Source: a virus (Duplodnaviria; Caudoviricetes). From it: a stretch of DNA of 64,000 nt. Position numbers and translations under genes: made by a program. The notes beneath the pieces were generated by a model. That model saw nothing but the letters and a program-made list of their open reading frames with translations. It was not told where the DNA came from and did no database searches. The stretch spans positions 3,389 through 67,388 of the IMG/VR virus record IMGVR_UViG_3300034128_000011; one strand, 5' to 3'. Of the stretch, positions 8,243 to 16,080 are shown in pieces. Numbering within the stretch: the stretch's first letter is position 1; every line of letters starts with the position of its first letter.

Positions 8243-9603
8243 CATTCACGCAGTTGGTTATTCAAAGTGGGTACCTCACACAGAAGATGCGGGATCATCT
8301 GGACATTCCTGCGGACGAAAATCTCATGAAGGCCATGCTCGAATACGTACGGCTGGCCGAACTCGGTCTGGTTGTCTCCGAATTCGTGAGCAACGACAAG
8401 CAGGTGGATTTTGTGCGGCACGAATTCGATGGGATGGTAGCTCGCATGGAAGCACACATTGCAAGTCTCTCTGTCCAATTCACAAACGAAGTCGATCGAG
8501 CAATGGCCAGTCAGTTCGATCAGAGCAATGCGCAATCCTACATTGCCCGTTGGCACGATGCGATGCGATCGAATCTGGAAAACTTCATCCGTGAGATCAA
8601 GGCCATGTCAGAGAAGGCGAACGAGACACAGAAGCTCGTCGTCGAAAATGCGGCCAAGGTAAGCACGGACAAGGTCACGATCGTGGAAGGGCTGTTCCGC
8701 AATGCGGATGCGAACTTCGATCCGAACAACGCTGCTGGATATTTCGGCAGGTTCAGGCAGTTGCTTGCCGATCTCGATACTGGGTTGCGTCAACAACTCG
8801 ATCACAATTTCAAAACTGGATTTGCTGGGCAACTTGGGAACGAGCTGGCCGCATACTTTGGATCGCAATCTCCAGTGCTCGTGTCCATGGATATCATGCT
8901 GAACAAATATCTGCAGACCATTCAGGCTGACATCATCTCACTGCGTGAGGCGATCGCGAACAAAGAAGGTCAGCTCGAAATGCTGCAGAAGGCAAGCATC
9001 AAGGGCGCAGTGTTCGAAGACGTCGTGGCCGAAGTCCTGACTCCGATCGCAAATGTGAATGGTGAAGCCTTCTCTTTCACAGGCAATGAAAAAGTCGGGG
9101 CTGTGAAAAAAGGCGACTTTGTCTACACCATGGGCGAGAAGAATGTCGTCGTCATTGAGGCAAAGGACACGGCGGTGAATGTCAAGGCTATGCTCAGGTA
9201 CATGCAGGAAGCCATCAGCTATCGCAATGCCACGTTCGGGATCCTATGCACTCGTGATCTCGACCAACTGGAGAAGCAGACAGGGGGATTCAATGTGTAC
9301 TCAAACGTCCTCTTCTGTTCCATCGACATGCTGCCTCTGGCCATGCGCTGGGTAAGGCTGTATCTTGACAAGATCCAAGGCGAAGCCGCTGAAGGCGTGG
9401 ATGCGAACTCGATCAAATCCGCGATGGCGGCGATTGTAGCGGCGATGAAGAATGTCGCCACGGTCAAGGCCAAGCTCACCAACATCCGCCAGAACATCAG
9501 CGCTGATACAGAAGCGATCGCAACCCTTGTCGATGAACTCAAGGCACAGATTGCGAAAGAACTCTCGAACATCGAAGGAGAACTGGCCAAAGCCAAATCA
9601 TGA
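8239..9603 (+). CDS. Coiled-coil protein with C-terminal restriction-endonuclease-like PD-(D/E)XK domain (RmuC/DUF2130-like)
   Basis: Long helical N-terminus; KGAVFE...KGDFV...VVIEAKD...YRNATFGI. Confidence 0.65.
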   Translation: MTFTQLVIQSGYLTQKMRDHLDIPADENLMKAMLEYVRLAELGLVVSEFVSNDKQVDFVRHEFDGMVARMEAHIASLSVQFTNEVDRAMASQFDQSNAQSYIARWHDAMRSNLENFIREIKAMSEKANETQKLVVENAAKVSTDKVTIVEGLFRNADANFDPNNAAGYFGRFRQLLADLDTGLRQQLDHNFKTGFAGQLGNELAAYFGSQSPVLVSMDIMLNKYLQTIQADIISLREAIANKEGQLEMLQKASIKGAVFEDVVAEVLTPIANVNGEAFSFTGNEKVGAVKKGDFVYTMGEKNVVVIEAKDTAVNVKAMLRYMQEAISYRNATFGILCTRDLDQLEKQTGGFNVYSNVLFCSIDMLPLAMRWVRLYLDKIQGEAAEGVDANSIKSAMAAIVAAMKNVATVKAKLTNIRQNISADTEAIATLVDELKAQIAKELSNIEGELAKAKS

Positions 9604-9694
9604 AGAAGCTGCCAGAACTTACGATCACGCGGCAAAACAATACCACGGCGAATTCGCACGCCTCAATTTCCCAGAAAGGATGACTCATGGTTGA
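9602..9694 (+). pseudogene. Orphan C-terminal fragment of an HNH-AP2 gene
   Basis: Encodes EEAARTYDHAAKQYHGEFARLNFP with no HNH domain upstream; 9602-9624 matches 63000-63022 at 22/23 nt. Confidence 0.8.
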
Positions 9695-10028
9695 CATCTT
9701 AGGAGCAGATGGACGCCCAATTGAAAGTGCGCCGCGAATAGAACACACCTTCCAATGGGCAGAGCTCGACACTGTTCGCAAGGCGGTATTGATCGAACAG
9801 CTCTCTACTGGCATCCAAAGTCAGATCAACGCTGCGGTCAAGGAGCGCATAATCACGTCGTTTGATGCTGACCGCTTTCGCAGGATGGGATCCAAAGATA
9901 TCTTTCTGATCCAGATGGTGCTCCGTGTGCCAGTATCGTTAATGATGAAGATCATCGACGAATTCAATGCAACCATAGAAGGAGACAATGACACGCCAAC
10001 CGAAGTACCCACGAAAGTGGATGGATGA
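9687..10028 (+). CDS. Hypothetical protein
   Basis: AAAGGA SD, ORF track. Confidence 0.65.
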   Translation: MVDILGADGRPIESAPRIEHTFQWAELDTVRKAVLIEQLSTGIQSQINAAVKERIITSFDADRFRRMGSKDIFLIQMVLRVPVSLMMKIIDEFNATIEGDNDTPTEVPTKVDG

Positions 10029-10209
10029 ACTCAGGCCGCCCAAACCGCCTGTGAAGATGAGGGACACTGGCAAACAGTTGTGCCCTCACTGCGAGTCACG
10101 CGACCTGAATCACCTGCGGTACGTTGGCCTATCGAACGATGGCATGAAAATCTACGCTTGTGTGGCCAACTGCAATCCGAAGACATTCAGAACAACTGTG
10201 AAACTCTAA
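10021..10209 (+). CDS. Small zinc-ribbon protein
   Basis: CPHC...CVANC. Confidence 0.55.
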   Translation: MDELRPPKPPVKMRDTGKQLCPHCESRDLNHLRYVGLSNDGMKIYACVANCNPKTFRTTVKL

Positions 10210-10215
10210 CTCCAG

Positions 10216-10276
10216 TCCCGATCCCCACTTTGTCGCCAGACAAAGATGCGCCTAGTGTGGGGCGCGGGGGTCGGGA
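10216..10276 (+). ncRNA. Candidate structured RNA, three-way junction
   Basis: P1 10216-26/10266-76 (11 bp), P2 10228-34/10239-45 (7 bp), P3 10248-53/10260-65 (6 bp); G-U pairs favour the + strand. Confidence 0.4.
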
Positions 10277-10309
10277 TGTATTCTTCATTCATCTGTGAAA
10301 GGGACAATC

Positions 10310-10744
10310 ATGGCAAAGGGATCCATCATCATGCGGCGGCTGGCAGTTCAGCCGCATTCAACCAGTGGTACTATGCTTCCGTCTGGCGTAGTACTCAACA
10401 TCCATCCGTCGAACTGGAAGCACCGTCTGTCGATGAAGTCCGTCAACTTTGGAGAGGGCGGCAAATATTTTCTGATGCGCGGCGAACTTCTGGACGCCAT
10501 CCGTCTGGATCCTTACCGTCTCACAAAGATCACGGTGAGCACTGAGAAATTCCCGTACAGCACCAAGTTCTATATCGGCAAATCTGGCAGCCTACACAAC
10601 TATTCATGGCTGACGCTGAAAGGGAAGTCCTACAATGGCCCATGCACACGATTTTTTGAATTCGTGCTCGGCAGGAAGATTGATCTGACGAAGCCGCTCT
10701 ATTTTCGTGCTGTTCGGATCAATCCAACGAAAGAAGGAGACTGA
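10310..10744 (+). CDS. Hypothetical basic protein
   Basis: AAAGGG SD then ATG 10310. Confidence 0.65.
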   Translation: MAKGSIIMRRLAVQPHSTSGTMLPSGVVLNIHPSNWKHRLSMKSVNFGEGGKYFLMRGELLDAIRLDPYRLTKITVSTEKFPYSTKFYIGKSGSLHNYSWLTLKGKSYNGPCTRFFEFVLGRKIDLTKPLYFRAVRINPTKEGD

Positions 10745-10746
10745 TC

Positions 10747-11097
10747 ATGCCACGTATCACAAGGCACCAACGATTGGTGAAGGACATCTATGAATCGGAT
10801 CAGCGCGCGCGTGTGAGCGATCCGATTCTCGTCGCCCGCGTTTATTCGTTCTATCTGGGCGAAGAGTACAAGATAATCACACTGCGGGAATTCCTGCACA
10901 AGATCTACAAGCACGTCATCCCAGCACCTGACACAATTACACGAGCTGGCAGGAAGGTGAGAGAGCTCTATCCTGAGCTGGGCGGCGGGAAAAAGGCAAA
11001 GGAGAGACGCGAAGCAGAGCGCAAAATCACACTGGACGACCTTGGCTACACTCCCAAGAAGCGTTCAGAGGATCCACAGCAGCTCAAACTATTCTGA
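10747..11097 (+). CDS. Hypothetical basic protein (possible DNA-binding)
   Basis: AAGGAG SD; PAPDTITRAGRKVRE segment. Confidence 0.65.
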   Translation: MPRITRHQRLVKDIYESDQRARVSDPILVARVYSFYLGEEYKIITLREFLHKIYKHVIPAPDTITRAGRKVRELYPELGGGKKAKERREAERKITLDDLGYTPKKRSEDPQQLKLF

Positions 11098-11104
11098 GGC
11101 GACG

Positions 11105-11638
11105 ATGGGACATCCAATAGGATGGGTAGGTATTGATAACGGGGTAACTGGCACAATCGGTTTCGTCTCTTCCATGGGCCACGTTCAGATGTGGCACACG
11201 CCGACGAAGACTAGCCTCAATTATCAAAAGAAGGGGCAGATCGTGCAGCGTGTAGACGTCAAGGCGATGCGACAGATCTTCCGTTTGATCCTGTCGAAAC
11301 TTGATATCGGGGAAAAGGCTGGAGTGGTAGAGCTGCGTGCGATCGTGGAGCGCCCATTCACTATGGCATCTGCATCGAAAGCAGTTCTCAGCGGCCAGAG
11401 AGCGATGGAAGCGACGTTGATTGCGCTAGAAATAGAAGGGATCCCATATGAATTCATTGACTCGAAGCAATGGCAGAAGCCCATGCTCGGCACCGAACTC
11501 AAGGGATCCCCTGTACTGAAACGTGCATCACTGGCAAAAGGGAAACAGCTCTGGCCGCTCTTCGATTGGATCCCATTCAAACAGGATGCAGACGGACTCC
11601 TGATTGCTGAGTGGGCGAAGACGCGAGTGCCGTTTTAG
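11105..11638 (+). CDS. RuvC-like Holliday junction resolvase
   Basis: VGIDNGVTGTIG, IVERP, QWQK, DADGLLIAEW acidic catalytic pattern. Confidence 0.85.
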   Translation: MGHPIGWVGIDNGVTGTIGFVSSMGHVQMWHTPTKTSLNYQKKGQIVQRVDVKAMRQIFRLILSKLDIGEKAGVVELRAIVERPFTMASASKAVLSGQRAMEATLIALEIEGIPYEFIDSKQWQKPMLGTELKGSPVLKRASLAKGKQLWPLFDWIPFKQDADGLLIAEWAKTRVPF

Positions 11639-11820
11639 ACGTGCACGCTCATGAGGTAATCCCACACGCCCAGTTCTTTCAACAGCCAGACAGCCACGAA
11701 CGCGACGACGACCCAGTTCAGCACTGTTTTGATCGTCGGTTGCATCGGGATATATTTGTTGGCGATATAGAGCAGCACGCCGATGACAATCAGGATGATG
11801 ATTAGCTGGAGAATTGGCAT
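11635..11820 (-). CDS. Small two-TM membrane protein (Thivi_2564-like)
   Basis: LIIILIVIGVLLYIANKYIPMQPTIKTVLNWVVVAFVAVWLL. Confidence 0.7.
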   Translation of the reverse strand: MPILQLIIILIVIGVLLYIANKYIPMQPTIKTVLNWVVVAFVAVWLLKELGVWDYLMSVHV

Positions 11821-11831
11821 TGGGATCCCTT

Positions 11832-12260
11832 TCAAGGTAAGACGAAGTCTGCTGGGATGCTGTAGACGATGATCGCGATCTTGTCGCCGTTGTTTACAGC
11901 ATCCATCAGCAATCCGTTGAGACGCTTTTCAGCTACTTTGCTGTCCAACACCATGTCCTTTCCCAAATTCGCTCCCACCAAAATACACCCCGCAGTATCA
12001 ATCTCTCTGTTGCCAGAGTGCATTCTGATTCCAACGAACTTAGGAACATTCAGCAGGTGTGGCATGACCTTCTTGAATTTCGGAGAATAATCCATCACGA
12101 CTTCGTACACCCCATAGGGGATCGCAGTCTTTGCTTTGACTTTGATCCCCTTGGGACGCACTCTGTCTTCAAGCGTATAGCACTCGAAAAAGTTGTTGAC
12201 GAACAGCCGCCCGATCGTAAAAGTGTCTGTCCATCGTTCGCGCCTAAGCACTAGCAACAT
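11832..12260 (-). CDS. DUF5675 family protein (L,D-transpeptidase-like, putative endolysin)
   Basis: TIGRL...CYTLE...TAIPYGVY...IRMHSGN..DTAGCILVG. Confidence 0.85.
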   Translation of the reverse strand: MLLVLRRERWTDTFTIGRLFVNNFFECYTLEDRVRPKGIKVKAKTAIPYGVYEVVMDYSPKFKKVMPHLLNVPKFVGIRMHSGNREIDTAGCILVGANLGKDMVLDSKVAEKRLNGLLMDAVNNGDKIAIIVYSIPADFVLP

Positions 12261-12438
12261 GGCCAAGCCCTTCCAAATCGCGCTTCCAATAATTCCTGTC
12301 CGTCACCATGATGTCTTCGAGAAACACTACCTCTGGATGAAACTTGCGCACGTGCTCGATGAATCTCGCCTTGCACCGTTGACTCCCGTTTTCCACCCAC
12401 GATTCACCGCAGATTTTGCAACGGATTTCCAGCGTCAT
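12244..12438 (-). CDS. Small C2H2-like zinc-binding protein
   Basis: CKIC...HVRKFH. Confidence 0.5.
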   Translation of the reverse strand: MTLEIRCKICGESWVENGSQRCKARFIEHVRKFHPEVVFLEDIMVTDRNYWKRDLEGLGHVASA

Positions 12439-12450
12439 AGGCGGGATCTC

Positions 12451-12891
12451 CTAGTCCGTGTGGCTCAGCCAGTTCACGTCGAGATCTTCCACAGGCGCGA
12501 CCGCCTGCTCGTTCGACGCCGTGAAACGCACGTGCAGACTGTCTGCCGTGGTTCCGTTGTCGCCGTACGTGCGGACAAAGACGTCGCAGTCAGCACCCGA
12601 TTCGACGTCGAACGTCGCTTCGAATGCGGACGGTGGGAGATCGGGCACGAGCACAATCTCGGCCCCACCTGCAACGCTGCCACGCAGTTCATTCTTTTCG
12701 ACGAACGTCGATGGGCTGGGATTCCATGCGGCACGATATTTTTCCATGATTCCACTCCCTTGATAGGTGTTAGTGATTGTGAGATTACTGCTAGACCGCA
12801 CTTGTAGCGGATGGCCACGGTGTGCAATCCAGAGAAGGACTGCAATTACCGCAACAATACAAAAAAGGAACCACAGCACGGAGAATGTCAT
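12451..12891 (-). CDS. Membrane-anchored protein with small beta-sandwich domain
   Basis: N-terminal TM helix; ATGA overlap with the upstream gene; second in-frame ATG (MEKYR) has its own GGAG SD. Confidence 0.6.
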   Translation of the reverse strand: MTFSVLWFLFCIVAVIAVLLWIAHRGHPLQVRSSSNLTITNTYQGSGIMEKYRAAWNPSPSTFVEKNELRGSVAGGAEIVLVPDLPPSAFEATFDVESGADCDVFVRTYGDNGTTADSLHVRFTASNEQAVAPVEDLDVNWLSHTD

Positions 12892-14033
12892 GGCCAATTC
12901 CAATAGTCAATGACGTCAGTTGACTGCTTGTTGACCCAGCCCATCACGCTGGCTGGGGTACTTTCGAATGTCTTGAATCTGAAGATCATCCGCTGATCAC
13001 GTCCCTGATTCACAGTCGGATCGCCAAGAACCTTCACCATGCGATACACGAATGCGACTGGAACATCAGAGATCTTGAGGTCGCGGTAGAATATCGGGCC
13101 ACTGCACGCTTCAAATTCATTCTTGTGCAGCTTGCAATTGGGATCCAGATCATAGGTATATGCAAGCCACGTAGACCATGAATTCGTGCTATCCAACGTC
13201 GGGCTGGAATATACTGTGCCAGAAGTGTCCCATCCGCCGCGCGTCCACTGTGTGCTGTCCGTCGTTTTATTCGTAAGCCGCAGATTGGCGATTCTGTTTG
13301 CCCCACGCCCACGAATACTGTCGAACGACATCTGCAATTCTGGCAAATCGTACCACTGTTGCAGCCTGACCCTTGAAATATAAACGGTGTCGTGCGGGAT
13401 GGCTTCCGTGAACCAGAATCGAAGGCGCTGCGAGTCGGCAGCCGCTACCCCTGCAGGGGTAGTGAAGATGAACGAATATTGCTTCCAATTCTCGTACTGA
13501 GACGTCTCTGTGACGACGCTCTCACCAAAGTAGGAAGTGTATGGAGCGATGTGCTTCTGAATATAGACCCCGATCTTACTGCCCTTACGTGACCATGCAG
13601 TAAAACTGACCCTATACTTTGTTGATGGGTACATCCTTGTGTTGGCGAACTGATAGAGCTGCATGTTGCTGCTGAGCGTATTGAACGTCACAGCGCCACA
13701 GAAATGCGTCGTGTCGTACCAGAATTTACCGCCCGCCCCATCATCGTACCACTGCCAAAGACTGGATCCGCTTTTGAAGTCACTGTCATAGACGAAACTA
13801 CGCGGATGGAACATCCCTCCTTTCCACCAAACACTCTGGCCGATGTAGATCGCTACCGTCGTGTCTGATACTGTTGATGGGTAAGCAAGAAGCCAGAGCC
13901 GAAGTGCGTTCTGCACGGAGAATCCAGCGCTACCGTGCGGCATATCTTTGATCGGAACGTCGATGTATTTCTTCGGCTGGGGAAATGCGATAGACTGCAT
14001 CGCAACGATGAGGATGATGAGCATGTAGCGCAT
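12888..14033 (-). CDS. Signal-peptide protein with CBM4/9-like carbohydrate-binding module
   Basis: MRYMLIILIVAMQSIAFP|Q leader; YRVSFTAWS...W..YSFIFTT...RLRFWF...VYISRVRL. Confidence 0.7.
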   Translation of the reverse strand: MRYMLIILIVAMQSIAFPQPKKYIDVPIKDMPHGSAGFSVQNALRLWLLAYPSTVSDTTVAIYIGQSVWWKGGMFHPRSFVYDSDFKSGSSLWQWYDDGAGGKFWYDTTHFCGAVTFNTLSSNMQLYQFANTRMYPSTKYRVSFTAWSRKGSKIGVYIQKHIAPYTSYFGESVVTETSQYENWKQYSFIFTTPAGVAAADSQRLRFWFTEAIPHDTVYISRVRLQQWYDLPELQMSFDSIRGRGANRIANLRLTNKTTDSTQWTRGGWDTSGTVYSSPTLDSTNSWSTWLAYTYDLDPNCKLHKNEFEACSGPIFYRDLKISDVPVAFVYRMVKVLGDPTVNQGRDQRMIFRFKTFESTPASVMGWVNKQSTDVIDYWNWP

Positions 14034-14046
14034 GGCGTCTCCTTTT

Positions 14047-14625
14047 CTAGAAGGCCACTGCACCTATGAGAATGAGCATGACCGTGGCAAATGGAATAGC
14101 TACCCACAGAGGAATGTACGGTACTTCCTTGATTGTTTCAATCACTGTTTTCAAATACGGGACTTTGCGCGGTTGCAGGCCGAGCAAAATGTCGTGCCAC
14201 ATATCGAGCGCGATGTTATACTCGACGTGAAGACTGTCCATATACACTTCGCCAGAACTGTCTGGTTCTGAGGGGAATCGGCCAGAAAGGATGGCGTCGT
14301 ATGTGTGCACAGTGTCCGTCAGAGAATCACGCATCGAGATAATCATGGCCTCAAGTCTGCTCACCCGATCGCGCCAAACTTTCTTTTCCTTCTGTTCCCG
14401 ATCAATGATCACTGCCCGCTCATTCAGCTCTCCCTTCAGGCTGTCGATCTTGAATCCCATAATCTGCGCCGTGAGAGTGTCAGGTACATAGCTGACGATC
14501 GTCGTCGTCGTCGGCTTTTTGAAAACGTCAGTGAACCAGTTCCACCCAACCGTCCAACTCACAACGAAATAGATAACGGCAAATGCAACCGCCGCCCACA
14601 CGATTATCTTGAGAACACTGTCCAT
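14047..14625 (-). CDS. Membrane protein with N- and C-terminal TM helices around a coiled coil (spanin-like candidate)
   Basis: Hydrophobic ends, central KIDSLKGELNER...RDRVSRLE helix; sits in the lysis region. Confidence 0.55.
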   Translation of the reverse strand: MDSVLKIIVWAAVAFAVIYFVVSWTVGWNWFTDVFKKPTTTTIVSYVPDTLTAQIMGFKIDSLKGELNERAVIIDREQKEKKVWRDRVSRLEAMIISMRDSLTDTVHTYDAILSGRFPSEPDSSGEVYMDSLHVEYNIALDMWHDILLGLQPRKVPYLKTVIETIKEVPYIPLWVAIPFATVMLILIGAVAF

Positions 14626-14724
14626 ATGAACCTCGCCAGATGATAGCCTACATAAGCAAGAAAGCATGTCCAGCATAGCGTGATGACGATCATCACGGCA
14701 TATGCGGCACTATACATAATCTGT

Positions 14725-14985
14725 TTAGTTTCGATGCTCAACATTGACAGTCCTCTGATCTATGGGAGCCCGATCTTTCTCAGGGAGCGCTGGCCCCCAA
14801 AGATGTGTACGGCAAATTTTGCACTCGCGGCCATCCAGAGTGACATTGCCGCACGAAGGACAGAATTGTTTGCCTTTTGGAATCCGCACGAGATTCTGAT
14901 CACGCACCGCTCTGAACGCATCTTTGAGATAGCGGATTTCGGCCTGTAGCGATTGGATGTATTCCAACAACTCATCGCGGCTCAT
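14725..14985 (-). CDS. Coiled-coil plus zinc-ribbon protein
   Basis: CPSCG...CKIC; GAGG SD. Confidence 0.6.
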   Translation of the reverse strand: MSRDELLEYIQSLQAEIRYLKDAFRAVRDQNLVRIPKGKQFCPSCGNVTLDGRECKICRTHLWGPALPEKDRAPIDQRTVNVEHRN

Positions 14986-15017
14986 GATCTTTACCTCGCC
15001 CGACCCCAGACCGTCTC

Positions 15018-15578
15018 TCATACGTCCCTGTACTCGATTAGAGTGAAGTCATCGCTGGCACGTGAGCATATTGTGAAGATATCGCCAGCATGGCAAGTGT
15101 TTTCATACCATTCGTTCTTGATCTCTTCCAACTTGCGGCTTCCAAGAGAAAGCCAGCCAATCCAGTTGAACACGAGCTCCGAACAGATGTCGCCATTCGG
15201 GAACCAGTTCCTGTGGCGACGCACATCAGCTCTGAACGGCCAGCTCTCCATGACGTACCGAAAAACGAACCAGAGCAGTTGCCCAAAACCGTATTCCTGT
15301 CCAGCGTAGCGCGTCCAAAGATCCATCAGTGGCGCCAGCCCGAAATTTTCGAGTGTTGGACGGAACACCCAGTAGGACATGGATGGATCGAACTGTGCCG
15401 TGCTCCATGGCGAAACCACGACAAGCGTCTTCGCTTCCAACACGGCAGGGATCCCGTTGATATCACCGATCACAACACCCGTATGCGTATACGGCATTCG
15501 AGTGAAGAATCGCTGGGCCTTGGAAAACCAGCCGCCGTGTTTGCTGTTGAACACAATGATGTCTCCTGCTTTTAGCAT
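15018..15578 (-). CDS. Permuted papain-like NlpC/P60 amidase (YiiX/YaeF, C92 type)
   Basis: KAGDIIVF, YTHTGVV, VLEA, YAGQEYG, CSEL (His before Cys, permuted order). Confidence 0.85.
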   Translation of the reverse strand: MLKAGDIIVFNSKHGGWFSKAQRFFTRMPYTHTGVVIGDINGIPAVLEAKTLVVVSPWSTAQFDPSMSYWVFRPTLENFGLAPLMDLWTRYAGQEYGFGQLLWFVFRYVMESWPFRADVRRHRNWFPNGDICSELVFNWIGWLSLGSRKLEEIKNEWYENTCHAGDIFTICSRASDDFTLIEYRDV

Positions 15579-15603
15579 TGTGATTCTCCTTCCCATGAGA
15601 TAG

Positions 15604-16080
15604 CTACCGCCCGCTTGACACACCGCCGACCCTTTGGTGGTTCGTGCGTCCAAAGTAAAATCCGATTATCAGGATAGCCATCTTTTCAGCAATGGCCATA
15701 GCATTGATTGGATCACCGCGAAGAACTGATATTGCTATCGCAACCAGCAAGGTGACAACAACCGAAATTGCAATGAAGGCTTGCGTGTATTCCCAAATGA
15801 GATTGACCCTCCGCTGTCCGAGTGAATGTTTCTCTTCTTCGGCTGTGGTGGTTGGCACCTTAACCATGTGAGCTTCACGAGCGATGATATCTGTGCTCGC
15901 GGAAACAGGTGCTGGGCTCCCAGAGACGGTTACTGGCACAGTCGAAGGCGGCACTAAGGTACCATTGCCAGTGATTTCCACTGGTAGTGGTGCTGGGGAA
16001 ACAATCGACACTGGCGTAGGATGTTGTGATGGTTGAGTGTTGTCCACAATAGAGACTGGCGTTGGCACTGGTGTTGTCAT
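15604..16080 (-). CDS. Two-TM holin-like protein with Pro/Thr-rich N-terminus
   Basis: PTPVSIV repeats; QRRVNLIWE then two TM helices ending IIGFYFGRTNH. Confidence 0.55.
   Translation of the reverse strand: MTTPVPTPVSIVDNTQPSQHPTPVSIVSPAPLPVEITGNGTLVPPSTVPVTVSGSPAPVSASTDIIAREAHMVKVPTTTAEEEKHSLGQRRVNLIWEYTQAFIAISVVVTLLVAIAISVLRGDPINAMAIAEKMAILIIGFYFGRTNHQRVGGVSSGR

Noticed and set aside
10216-10276. Hammerhead ribozyme
   Set aside because: The three-way junction lacks the CUGAnGA and GAAA core nucleotides
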